A DNA stretch of 54,523 bases, from NCBI GenBank assembly GCA_964542845.1, contig CAZIVM010000001.1, forward strand, positions 1 to 54,523. Reading direction: 5' to 3'. Origin of the DNA: an uncultured Victivallales bacterium. GTDB lineage: Bacteria; Verrucomicrobiota; Lentisphaeria; Victivallales; CAZIVM01. This document shows, one piece after another, positions 24,864 through 33,090 of the stretch. A model generated the notes under the pieces. The model was given only the letters and a program-made list of their open reading frames with translations. It ran no database searches and had not been told where the DNA came from. A program made the translations under genes and the position numbers. How positions within the stretch are numbered: position 1 is the first letter of the stretch; the number at the start of each line of letters is the position of its first letter.

Positions 24864-27380
24864 ATGTTAAAAACAATTATTTCATTGATATGTATGTTGA
24901 GTGTAAGTGTTTCGCTTTGGGCGCAGCAGATTACGACACGCATTGAACCTAACCCCTTAAAAGTGGGTGATCAAGGCAATTATGTTATCACTATTCAAGG
25001 CAATGCACAACTGCGTAGTATTGATCTTCCAGAAGTTAAAGGAATCACCTGGCATCGTAATATGAATCAATCGGGTTATTCCGTGGTAAATGGTGTTACG
25101 AGCGCAACGCAAACCCTCGTATTCACGGTTTCGCAAGAGGGCTCATACACTGTTCCACCTTTGAACCTCACTTTTGCAAATGGGGCAACTGAAAAAACAA
25201 AGTCAATGACTTTTACTGTGAAAAATAAAGATTGGGGCGTGAAAAATAAAGATGGCTTGCCCATGACAATCTCTCAACTTTTCTATGGGAAAACAGCGGT
25301 TGCATCGGTGCAAGCAGATGGAAAACCGCGCACAACATTTTATGTGGGAGAGCTTATTCCGTTGCAAACAAAATATTATGCTCATGTAACGTTGAATGCA
25401 GAACCACAATATCCGCAGTTTTCAGAACATCCCGATTTGGTGATAACTAAGATCCCTGATCAACAAACAGGCGAACCGCGTGATTTTGGTTTTGTAGGGC
25501 AAACCGTAGAGCAAGTGGGGGATAATACCTATAAGGTGTTTAACTTTATTTCTTATTTTCGTCCCATGAAAGCAGGAACATATAATGGTCTTAAAGTGAC
25601 GGGGCATGGCAATCTTTTAGAGCGACGTCGTGCGCGTGATCCGATGGATATTTATTTCGGACACAATGCCATGACGCGTAAACCTTATGCTTTTGAAACC
25701 TTGATCCCTTCCATTACCATTGAAAATCTTCCCCCTTTACCCCGTGATGTGCTTGATTTAGGCTTGATTGGTGAGTATAAAATTGAGTTCGAGCTTTCCA
25801 AGGCTCCTTATAAAGTTGGCGAATGTTTTACGCTAGATGTGATGGTGAGTCAAGGTAATGTGGATGGGATTAAACCGCCCAAACTTTCAGCCGATGGTTT
25901 CCGGATTTATCCCCCAGAAACAACCGAACTCAAAAACGGGAATCAACGTTCGATGCGAATCCGCTATGTGATTTTACCTATGGTAGAAGGGTCGCATTCT
26001 CTCCAATTTAACTTTGTTTATTTTTCGCCCAAACACAAAGATTATTTACAACGTGCATTCAATGAAACGATTACGGTAGAGCATAATCCTTTGGCCAGTT
26101 TGAATTCAGGCGCCACGGTAGAGAGTTTTGATCATCCATCTACGACAGAGGCGCAATCGGTGAAGCATCTCTCGGATATTTTGTATTTAAAGCCTGTGGC
26201 TAAAACAGGGATTGTTCTTCCGCTAACACAGAATGCTCCCTTAAATATTTTTGCACTGATTGCCTTAGGATTTGTCGGGTACCTTGCAGGTCTTATTTTA
26301 GCATGGCGTCGACATCATTCAAAAAATGGACCTGATGATTTGCGTTACCAAGCCGCGCTTAAAAAACGCAAAATATTGATCGATAAACTCAAAAATGCTG
26401 ACAATCCAACGTTTGACGAACTTGCACGTACTGATTTTATGGATTGGCTTTGTGATATGACGCGTTCACATGCTGGAAGTTCTGCTTCTGAACTCTCTGA
26501 AAAAATTAAAAATAAAGAATTGAACCATGCACTTAAGGAAATTGAAATGGCAACTTATCATCCCGATGGACTCACCCAGAATCGTGAGTCGATTCGCGCA
26601 ACACTCCTCACCACGCTTAAAAAACTCTCTTTTATCTTCCTTTTTGCGTTGATGCTTCCCCTCTTCGCCCAAAAAACAGACTCCGCATTTGATGAACGTT
26701 CAGCCTATGATGCGGGGCGTTTTCAAGAGGCATTGTCGGGGTATCAATCGCAAGCTACAACCTTTGGTAAAGAGATTCATCCTGAACTTCTTTACAATCT
26801 TGGAAATTGTTATTTTCAACTCCAAAAATATCCCGAAGCGCTTGTGATGTTTGAACGCGCGCATCGTCTTTCACCCAATGATGCGGATATCTTAAGTAAT
26901 CTTAACGCGACATGTCGTAAACTTGAGATTTCGGAGCGGGGGCGCGTTAAAAGTCCAATGGATTTGTTCCGCGCATTCCGCGACACGTTTCGCTTAGATT
27001 CCTGGTGGATGGGTATTGGTATCTTTGGATGTTTGATGTTACTTTGTGTCGGCGCAAACGTTTATTCACGCTTAACCGTGTTTAAACATTTAATGGTATG
27101 GAGTTTTGTGGCTTGCGTGCTCTCTATGGGAATGTATTTTTGGCAGAAATACGATTTCTTTGAACGAAATGACGCAATTATTTTACAAGATGCAACACCC
27201 GTTTGGAATCTCTCTGTTGCTGAAAATGCGAAACAACTAGCAACACTGGTCAAAGGCGAAACTGTTGAAATTCGTGAAGAACGCCCTAATACCTATTTAA
27301 TCCGAGTTAAAGACATCGAAGGTTGGGTCGCGCGTGAACATCTTTCAGAAATTTGGGATGATGCGATTTATCAACCCTAA
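24864..27380 (+). CDS. BatD-like (oxygen tolerance domain) protein fused to a BatE-like TPR + SH3 module
   Basis: Signal peptide. BatD-like Ig-type repeats (EPNPLKVGDQGNYVITIQG; EFELSKAPYKVGECFTLDVMV). A TM, then TPR (LYNLGNCYFQLQKYPEALVMFERAHRLSPND), two TMs and a C-terminal SH3-like segment (VKGETVEIREE..YLIRVKDIEGWV). Confidence 0.65.
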   Translation: MLKTIISLICMLSVSVSLWAQQITTRIEPNPLKVGDQGNYVITIQGNAQLRSIDLPEVKGITWHRNMNQSGYSVVNGVTSATQTLVFTVSQEGSYTVPPLNLTFANGATEKTKSMTFTVKNKDWGVKNKDGLPMTISQLFYGKTAVASVQADGKPRTTFYVGELIPLQTKYYAHVTLNAEPQYPQFSEHPDLVITKIPDQQTGEPRDFGFVGQTVEQVGDNTYKVFNFISYFRPMKAGTYNGLKVTGHGNLLERRRARDPMDIYFGHNAMTRKPYAFETLIPSITIENLPPLPRDVLDLGLIGEYKIEFELSKAPYKVGECFTLDVMVSQGNVDGIKPPKLSADGFRIYPPETTELKNGNQRSMRIRYVILPMVEGSHSLQFNFVYFSPKHKDYLQRAFNETITVEHNPLASLNSGATVESFDHPSTTEAQSVKHLSDILYLKPVAKTGIVLPLTQNAPLNIFALIALGFVGYLAGLILAWRRHHSKNGPDDLRYQAALKKRKILIDKLKNADNPTFDELARTDFMDWLCDMTRSHAGSSASELSEKIKNKELNHALKEIEMATYHPDGLTQNRESIRATLLTTLKKLSFIFLFALMLPLFAQKTDSAFDERSAYDAGRFQEALSGYQSQATTFGKEIHPELLYNLGNCYFQLQKYPEALVMFERAHRLSPNDADILSNLNATCRKLEISERGRVKSPMDLFRAFRDTFRLDSWWMGIGIFGCLMLLCVGANVYSRLTVFKHLMVWSFVACVLSMGMYFWQKYDFFERNDAIILQDATPVWNLSVAENAKQLATLVKGETVEIREERPNTYLIRVKDIEGWVAREHLSEIWDDAIYQP

Positions 27381-27638
27381 TTATCCATTCTTACGATATT
27401 CTAATACCAAAAATAGATCTAAGCTCACCATACCACAGTTGAGCATGTAGAGATAAAAAATAAAGTCAAAATTACCTGTGTATTTGAATGCCATTCCTGC
27501 AATATAACCTAAAAGAATAATCGATAAAAAGAATGTCGACTTTCCTGCAGATTTCTTGGTTTTATACATGCGGTAGATTGAAAACGGCCATGCAAGACCA
27601 AAACAAATCAACATTATTGCTTCAAAAATCATTGGCAT
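27381..27638 (-). CDS. PQ-loop / SemiSWEET-like 3-TM small membrane protein
   Basis: 85 aa from the MPM start at 27638, which lies 2 nt after the upstream stop. It has three TMs and a WPFSIYRMYKTKKSAGKS segment resembling the PQ-loop motif after TM1. Confidence 0.45.
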   Translation of the reverse strand: MPMIFEAIMLICFGLAWPFSIYRMYKTKKSAGKSTFFLSIILLGYIAGMAFKYTGNFDFIFYLYMLNCGMVSLDLFLVLEYRKNG

Positions 27639-27640
27639 AA

Positions 27641-28825
27641 TTATTGCTCCTGTGCTGAGAGGATTTGACCAATTAATGAACCTGTTGCAAATGCCCAATG
27701 GAGGTTATAGCCACCGAGCTGACCCGTGACATCCATCATTTCACCTGCGATATAGAGGTTCGGAATATTTTTCGACATAAAGGTTTTAGAGGAGAGTTCA
27801 TCAGTATCAACGCCCCCCATCATCACTTCGGCTTCACTGAAGTCACCAATGCCCATCGGGGTAAATTTGAAATGTTTGAGGGTGGCAATCAAGGTTTGCA
27901 TCTCTTCTTTTTTGAGTTGACTAATCGTCTTTTCTGACCAATCGTATTGTTGAACGAGCGTTGCACCGAGTCGACGAGGCAAAAACTGTGCAATGCAGTT
28001 ACGAACAAGCACGGTTCCATGATGTTGACGCGACTCTTTAAGCTTCTCTTCAATATTGACGGAAGGTGCAAAATCAATCTCAATATCGCCACCTTTCCAT
28101 GCCCACTCTGATGCTGCTTTAAATACAGCAATTCCGCCAATACCGTCTGGACGGAAGACGAGTGACCCTAAAAATGATTTGCCCGCAACACTAATTTTGA
28201 TCTCTTCAAGGGCAATTCCTTGTAATTCTGAGAAACTTTTTCGGAGCACTGCAGGGAAACGTATGGGGGCAAGACCTGGCATTGTATCAGTAATATTCAT
28301 CCCTAAAGCTTTCGCAAGTTTAAGTCCATCAAATGTCCCTCCAACTTGTGGATATGCGCGTCCGCCACAGGCTAAAACAACTTGTTTGGCAAAGAAGTTA
28401 TCGTTGACAGAAAATCCACCATTCTCAGAACGGATTTGTGTCACTCGCGTATTGAAAAGGAATTGAACGCCTAATGATTCGGCTTCTTCGCGAACCGTTT
28501 CCATCCAAAGATGAATCTGTTCGGTACAAAAATAACAATCTCCGCGCATTTCATAGTCGAACCCATCTTGTTCAAGCGTGCGGACAAGTAAGTCGGTCGG
28601 ATAACGTTTGAGCCCTGATACCATAAAGTGGGGATTGCGTGAATAATAGAATTGTGGTCGAACATCGCTATTTGTAAAATTGCCATAACCACCACCACAG
28701 ATGGCGACTTTGCGTCCCGCATTTTTTTGTGCCTCTAAAACCAATACGGAAAGACCGCGACGAGCGGCCGTTCTAGCACAGAAGAGTCCTGCTGCGCCTG
28801 CGCCTACGATAATTACATCAATCAT
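27641..28825 (-). CDS. HI0933/BaiN-family NAD(FAD)-utilising flavoprotein
   Basis: N-terminal dinucleotide fold DVIIVGAGAAGLFCA, GGGYGNFTN, and C-terminal GEMMDVTGQLGGYNL. Confidence 0.8.
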   Translation of the reverse strand: MIDVIIVGAGAAGLFCARTAARRGLSVLVLEAQKNAGRKVAICGGGYGNFTNSDVRPQFYYSRNPHFMVSGLKRYPTDLLVRTLEQDGFDYEMRGDCYFCTEQIHLWMETVREEAESLGVQFLFNTRVTQIRSENGGFSVNDNFFAKQVVLACGGRAYPQVGGTFDGLKLAKALGMNITDTMPGLAPIRFPAVLRKSFSELQGIALEEIKISVAGKSFLGSLVFRPDGIGGIAVFKAASEWAWKGGDIEIDFAPSVNIEEKLKESRQHHGTVLVRNCIAQFLPRRLGATLVQQYDWSEKTISQLKKEEMQTLIATLKHFKFTPMGIGDFSEAEVMMGGVDTDELSSKTFMSKNIPNLYIAGEMMDVTGQLGGYNLHWAFATGSLIGQILSAQEQ

Positions 28826-28856
28826 TCTATCCCACTTTCTTTATAGATACTTGCAT

Positions 28857-28885
28857 AAAAAAAAGGGCAACTATCACGTTGCCCT
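28857..28885 (-). terminator. Intrinsic terminator after jag
   Basis: Stem AGGGCAAC/GTTGCCCT (28864-28871 and 28878-28885) with a 6-nt loop, followed on the minus strand by T8. Confidence 0.75.
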
Positions 28886-28905
28886 TCTCTGAATCGTGCT
28901 ACAAA

Positions 28906-29742
28906 TTACTTTTGTGAAATCACAACAGATTTGCGTGCGCCTTGACCAATGGATTCTGTTTTGACATCGTTGGTTTCTTCCAAAGCAATATGGATGATAC
29001 GACGTTCAATAGCCGACATCGGAGGAAGGGTAATGGGTTCGCCCCATTTCACAACTTCTTTGGCGTAGTCGAGTGCTTGTTGACGTAAGGTGGATTCACG
29101 CTCTTGAGATACAAACTCACGACGAGGTCCTTTGGCTCCTTTAGCCCCTTTAGGGCCACGGTCGTTTGGACGACGCTCTTTGCCACCACGGTCATTACGT
29201 GGACGACGCTCATTATTGTTGCGTGGGCGACGCTCGTGTCCTTCTTTGAACACGCCACCATTACGCGCATAACCATCAATATCAATCACGATACGTGGGA
29301 ATGCTTGTTCACCTTTAACAAGAATACGTGCTAAAAGGAATTGAATCGCTTCTAAATTTTGACCTTTACGGCCAATGATACGACCTGCATCTGTGGAGTT
29401 TACCGCTAACACAATTTTGTTATCTTTGTTTTGTGCTTTAACTTCACCACTTAATCCTAAGAAACCAATAACTGCTGCTAAGGTTTCTGTGGCTTGACGA
29501 AGGTGATCATCCGTAATTTCAATCGCAGGGCGGGGTTCACGTTTAGGTTTTTCGGTTACTTTTGCAGCAACTGGAATTTCTGCGCCTTCATCCTCATCGT
29601 CACATCCACAATCACATGAAGTTTCTACGATGTCCTCTTTACATTCGCATGTGGGTTGACAAGTGCAATCATTACCGCAGGCACACTCAGACGTTGTGTC
29701 GATTGCGGTTTCGGCAGTTTCGGGGTTAATTTTTTCGTCCAT
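28906..29742 (-). CDS. jag: Jag/KhpB-like KH + R3H RNA-binding protein with a Cys-rich N-terminus and a basic RG-rich insert
   Basis: KH motif GRIIGRKGQNLEAIQFL and R3H-type ERRIIHIALEE. It occupies the canonical position after yidC. The N-terminal 50 aa contain 9 Cys in CxC motifs. Confidence 0.8.
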   Translation of the reverse strand: MDEKINPETAETAIDTTSECACGNDCTCQPTCECKEDIVETSCDCGCDDEDEGAEIPVAAKVTEKPKREPRPAIEITDDHLRQATETLAAVIGFLGLSGEVKAQNKDNKIVLAVNSTDAGRIIGRKGQNLEAIQFLLARILVKGEQAFPRIVIDIDGYARNGGVFKEGHERRPRNNNERRPRNDRGGKERRPNDRGPKGAKGAKGPRREFVSQERESTLRQQALDYAKEVVKWGEPITLPPMSAIERRIIHIALEETNDVKTESIGQGARKSVVISQK

Positions 29743-29758
29743 GAAAGACTCCTAGGGG

Positions 29759-31489
29759 TTAGTTCGACTTTATATTGCTTGTGTCGGTAGTTGTAAGATT
29801 TTGTTTATGTGCTTTGAGCATGAACCATTGTTGAATAATCTGTGGAATAGATGAAACGGTCATGTAAAGCGTAAGCCCAGCGGGCATGTTATAGAAGAAT
29901 ACGAGCAACATGATGGGCATTAAATACATCATCATTTTTTGTGGACCCTCTGCTGAAGATGGACTCATTTTTTGTTGGAGTACCATGAGGAGGGTTTGCG
30001 CAATCACCAAGGGGTGAATGGGGAGACCAAAAATCACCGCAATCGCATCCGGTTTAGAGAGGTCGGCAATCCATAAGAATGGCACTTGACGAAGCTCAAC
30101 GGCGCCATTTAACGCCGCAAAAAGGGCAATAAAGATAGGCATCTGAATCAAAAGAGGTAAACATCCAGAAACAGGATTAACCCCTTCTGTACGATAGAGT
30201 TCCATAATTTTTTCGTTAAGAAGCGCTTTATTGTCTTTATATTTTTCTTGGATCTCTTTCATCTTAGGTTGGATCGCTTGCATTTTGCGCATGGATACAA
30301 TCGACTTGGTTTGTAAAGGCCAGAAAATTCCTTTAATGACCAATGTTACAAGAATAATTGCAATCCCGTAACTGGCAATGATGTTGGCATGAATCCAAAG
30401 CATGATTTGAAGCACAAAACGTGCTAAAAATTCAAACCATGAGAAATATGAAAGTTTCATTGCTTCTACAAATTTGGAATCAAATTTGCCAAGTGGCTCT
30501 AAAAGTTTGGGTCCAGCATACAATGTTGCAGTGCGTGTAATCGATTCATTGGGAGAAAGTGGGGCATTGAAGACCCATTTTCCTGTTGCGGTCAATACGG
30601 GATATTTAACGTTGACAGCATTTGGGGCATCAACATAAAAACAAATCGCTTCCGCTTGCATTAAAGGATCGTTGGATTTCAAGATGGTTGCACAATATTT
30701 GTTTTGTACAGCCAACCATGTGTAGCTTTTCGCGACATTAAATACGTTTTTTAAATCTTCATCTGAAGCATCCGCATTTTCTTGCTTGATTGCGCCATCA
30801 ATGCTTAAGCCTGCAATCGTGTGTAATGATCCATAAGCTTGATCATTTGAGAGATAGATTTCAGACTCAAGAGGTCCTGTACTCAATGTAATTGGAGGAA
30901 CTGCGCGTGCGTGTTCTGAAATGTTTGTGATTTGGACTTGGTAACGAATTTGGAATCCTGAATCCAATGTATAAGTTTCAACAGTTTTGAAGTTTCCGTT
31001 TTCGTAAGAGAAAATAACTTCATTTCCACGGTGTTGGACTTGTTTCTGGACGCCCATTGCCCAAAGCGTGGAGGTCGGTGCAAATGCGCCTTTTCCCATA
31101 AAATGTGCAAACATTGGGATAGGCTGATACGTTTCAGCTGTAAGATAGTTGAGTAATAATACGCTATCTAAGGTGCCTGTATAAGGATTAACTGCCACAG
31201 AGACATCACTATCTTTAATGGTGATACAAGGTGCGTTAATAAATTTTGAGAGATCTTGAACCGTGGCAATGCGTGTGCTATCGTTGTTAAGATGAGAATC
31301 TGTTGTTGCGATGGCCGTTGCGGGGGCGGTTTGGGTAATTTGAGGTTGTGCCACAGGGGTTTCTTCGGCTGGTTTTTGTCCAAAGTAGTTCATATAAATC
31401 ATGATACCAGCGAAGATAATAGCGGTCATTATCAAGTTTTTTTTGATATCGAATTTGGGTTGTGGCGGTTCTAAAAAGTTAGAATTCAT
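29759..31489 (-). CDS. yidC: Membrane protein insertase YidC
   Basis: 576 aa. An N-terminal TM, a large periplasmic domain and a C-terminal 5-TM core with MQAIQPKMKEIQEKYKDN and GCLPLLIQMPIF. Confidence 0.95.
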   Translation of the reverse strand: MNSNFLEPPQPKFDIKKNLIMTAIIFAGIMIYMNYFGQKPAEETPVAQPQITQTAPATAIATTDSHLNNDSTRIATVQDLSKFINAPCITIKDSDVSVAVNPYTGTLDSVLLLNYLTAETYQPIPMFAHFMGKGAFAPTSTLWAMGVQKQVQHRGNEVIFSYENGNFKTVETYTLDSGFQIRYQVQITNISEHARAVPPITLSTGPLESEIYLSNDQAYGSLHTIAGLSIDGAIKQENADASDEDLKNVFNVAKSYTWLAVQNKYCATILKSNDPLMQAEAICFYVDAPNAVNVKYPVLTATGKWVFNAPLSPNESITRTATLYAGPKLLEPLGKFDSKFVEAMKLSYFSWFEFLARFVLQIMLWIHANIIASYGIAIILVTLVIKGIFWPLQTKSIVSMRKMQAIQPKMKEIQEKYKDNKALLNEKIMELYRTEGVNPVSGCLPLLIQMPIFIALFAALNGAVELRQVPFLWIADLSKPDAIAVIFGLPIHPLVIAQTLLMVLQQKMSPSSAEGPQKMMMYLMPIMLLVFFYNMPAGLTLYMTVSSIPQIIQQWFMLKAHKQNLTTTDTSNIKSN

Positions 31490-31768
31490 TTCGGATTTTC
31501 TTGGGTTGTGGGGTTGGGAGGTGGAGGAACAGGGTCATAACCACCCCGACAAAAGGGTTGGCAACGGAGTACGCGCCATATAATGAGACCAATCGCACGA
31601 AAAAAATGATGAGTTCCGAGCGCTTCCATCGCATAAACGGAACATGAAGGCGTAAACCGACACGTATTCGGAAGTATGCGAGATAAAGTTAATCTGTAGA
31701 ACCCTACGAGGAGGGTAAGGATTCCTTGGGGGGTGATCCAGAAATACCACCGTTTTTGATGTGTCCAT
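31486..31768 (-). CDS. yidD: Membrane protein insertion efficiency factor YidD (5' end unresolved; apparent frame problem)
   Basis: Conserved core CRFTPSCSVYAMEAL...RCQPFCRGGYDPVP. There is no ATG/GTG/TTG in this frame downstream of the rnpA body. The nearest ATG (31768) is in another frame and joins the YidD frame only through the G6 run at 31728-31733. Confidence 0.7.
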
Positions 31769-32105
31769 GGCGCAAAAGCAACCGTTGGATCTCCTTCTCC
31801 ACTTCGCCTTGGTTCGCTTTTTGGAGCGACTGACGAGGTATGAACACAAATTGTTTCGCATCTAGATTGATTTTCGGGAGTAGATGTCGAAGACTCTCCC
31901 AGATGAGTCGGCGCGCACGATTGCGTTTCACTGCATGTTTGTGATATTTTTTGCCACATACGATACCAAAACGCGGGATGCTTTGCGTTGCGCCAGCACT
32001 CACTAACACCACCCATCGACCCGCTTCCTTTTTCCCTTCGCTCCGCATATACGAAAAATCTTCGGCGGTTCGGAGCTTTGTTTCGGATCCAAGAATATTA
32101 TTCAT
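31704..32105 (-). CDS. rnpA: Ribonuclease P protein component
   Basis: 133 aa, basic, with LRTAEDFSYM..G and KKYHKHAVKRNRARRLI (RNR motif). It sits between rpmH and yidD. Confidence 0.85.
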   Translation of the reverse strand: MNNILGSETKLRTAEDFSYMRSEGKKEAGRWVVLVSAGATQSIPRFGIVCGKKYHKHAVKRNRARRLIWESLRHLLPKINLDAKQFVFIPRQSLQKANQGEVEKEIQRLLLRHGHIKNGGISGSPPKESLPSS

Positions 32106-32131
32106 CGATAGGAGGTGCGTGTGCCTCGCGC

Positions 32132-32266
32132 TTACGCAGTTAAGCGAGCACGGCCTTTTTGACGGCGACGACGAATAATGTTGCGGCCATCTTTTGTTGC
32201 CATACGAGTACGAAAACCATGATTGCGTTTGCGTTTGCGAACAGAAGGTTGGAATGTACGTTTCAT
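32132..32266 (-). CDS. rpmH: 50S ribosomal protein L34
   Basis: Hand translation gives [44 protein letters not shown] (44 aa). It is too short for the supplied ORF track. Confidence 0.95.
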   Translation of the reverse strand: MKRTFQPSVRKRKRNHGFRTRMATKDGRNIIRRRRQKGRARLTA

Positions 32267-32700
32267 TTGAGTAATCCTTTCCGAGTTAGACGGGTTTGAC
32301 GAATTTATTGGTATTTTGACCTAATATTTACGTGTAAATAAGTGCATTTTGTTTCTTTAATGATGATGTCAGACAACTTGTCTAGACTAATGCACGTTAT
32401 TTAAAATATCACACTTTTTCAAAAAATCAAATTTTTTTTAACTTTTTTTCTGCTTTTAAATCCGACTCCGCCGTAACTTACACCAATTTAATCCCTCCGA
32501 GACCTCTGTCATTGCAAGATTTCTTCACCGCGAGTCATTTGCTTAAGAACTTCTTGAATTTGCGTGCTTATCTCATTGGAACGAACCTCAATATAATCAT
32601 TTTCTGCTTGATTATGTTGGGCGTTATAAAACATGTTGACACAATTCACAAGCAGTGTGATGGCAACTACATATATAATATAGGAGAGCGTGACAGGTAA

Positions 32701-33090
32701 TTATATGTTAATAGGAAAGAAGTTCAATCCTATTTTCTGGTGGGGATAATTTCTACAATGCCATTGATAAAGGTGGCGTCCGTAAAAATAGATCCCTGCA
32801 CTGAAAACGATGCCTTGAGCGCATAGGTCAAACCATCCCCATGTTTGAATAAAATAGGGTGGCAATATGAGCCTGAATATATAAAGCCCAATAAGTATTA
32901 AAATGGCTCTCCCCCATATTTTTCGCTGAATTTGCCATGGGAGAAATACTCTTTGTGTGTGTGTAATAACGCCCCAAACCCCAGTTGCAATGCGTATGAA
33001 TAATAGAAATAACATCACCCCAATGGCAATGACCCCAGATAAAAATAGCATAACACTGTTGGTTGTTACCACCAATTCGAGCTCGTTCAT
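32701..33090 (-). CDS. Hypothetical 4-TM membrane protein, third gene of the PadR operon
   Basis: 129 aa with four hydrophobic segments. There is a 4-nt overlap with the upstream gene. Confidence 0.55.
   Translation of the reverse strand: MNELELVVTTNSVMLFLSGVIAIGVMLFLLFIRIATGVWGVITHTQRVFLPWQIQRKIWGRAILILIGLYIFRLILPPYFIQTWGWFDLCAQGIVFSAGIYFYGRHLYQWHCRNYPHQKIGLNFFPINI

Noticed and set aside
31535-31861. 108-aa ORF overlapping rnpA and yidD in a third frame.
   Set aside because: It is not a gene in itself. Only its ATG at 31768 is relevant, as a possible yidD start if the G6 tract length is wrong (see the yidD finding).
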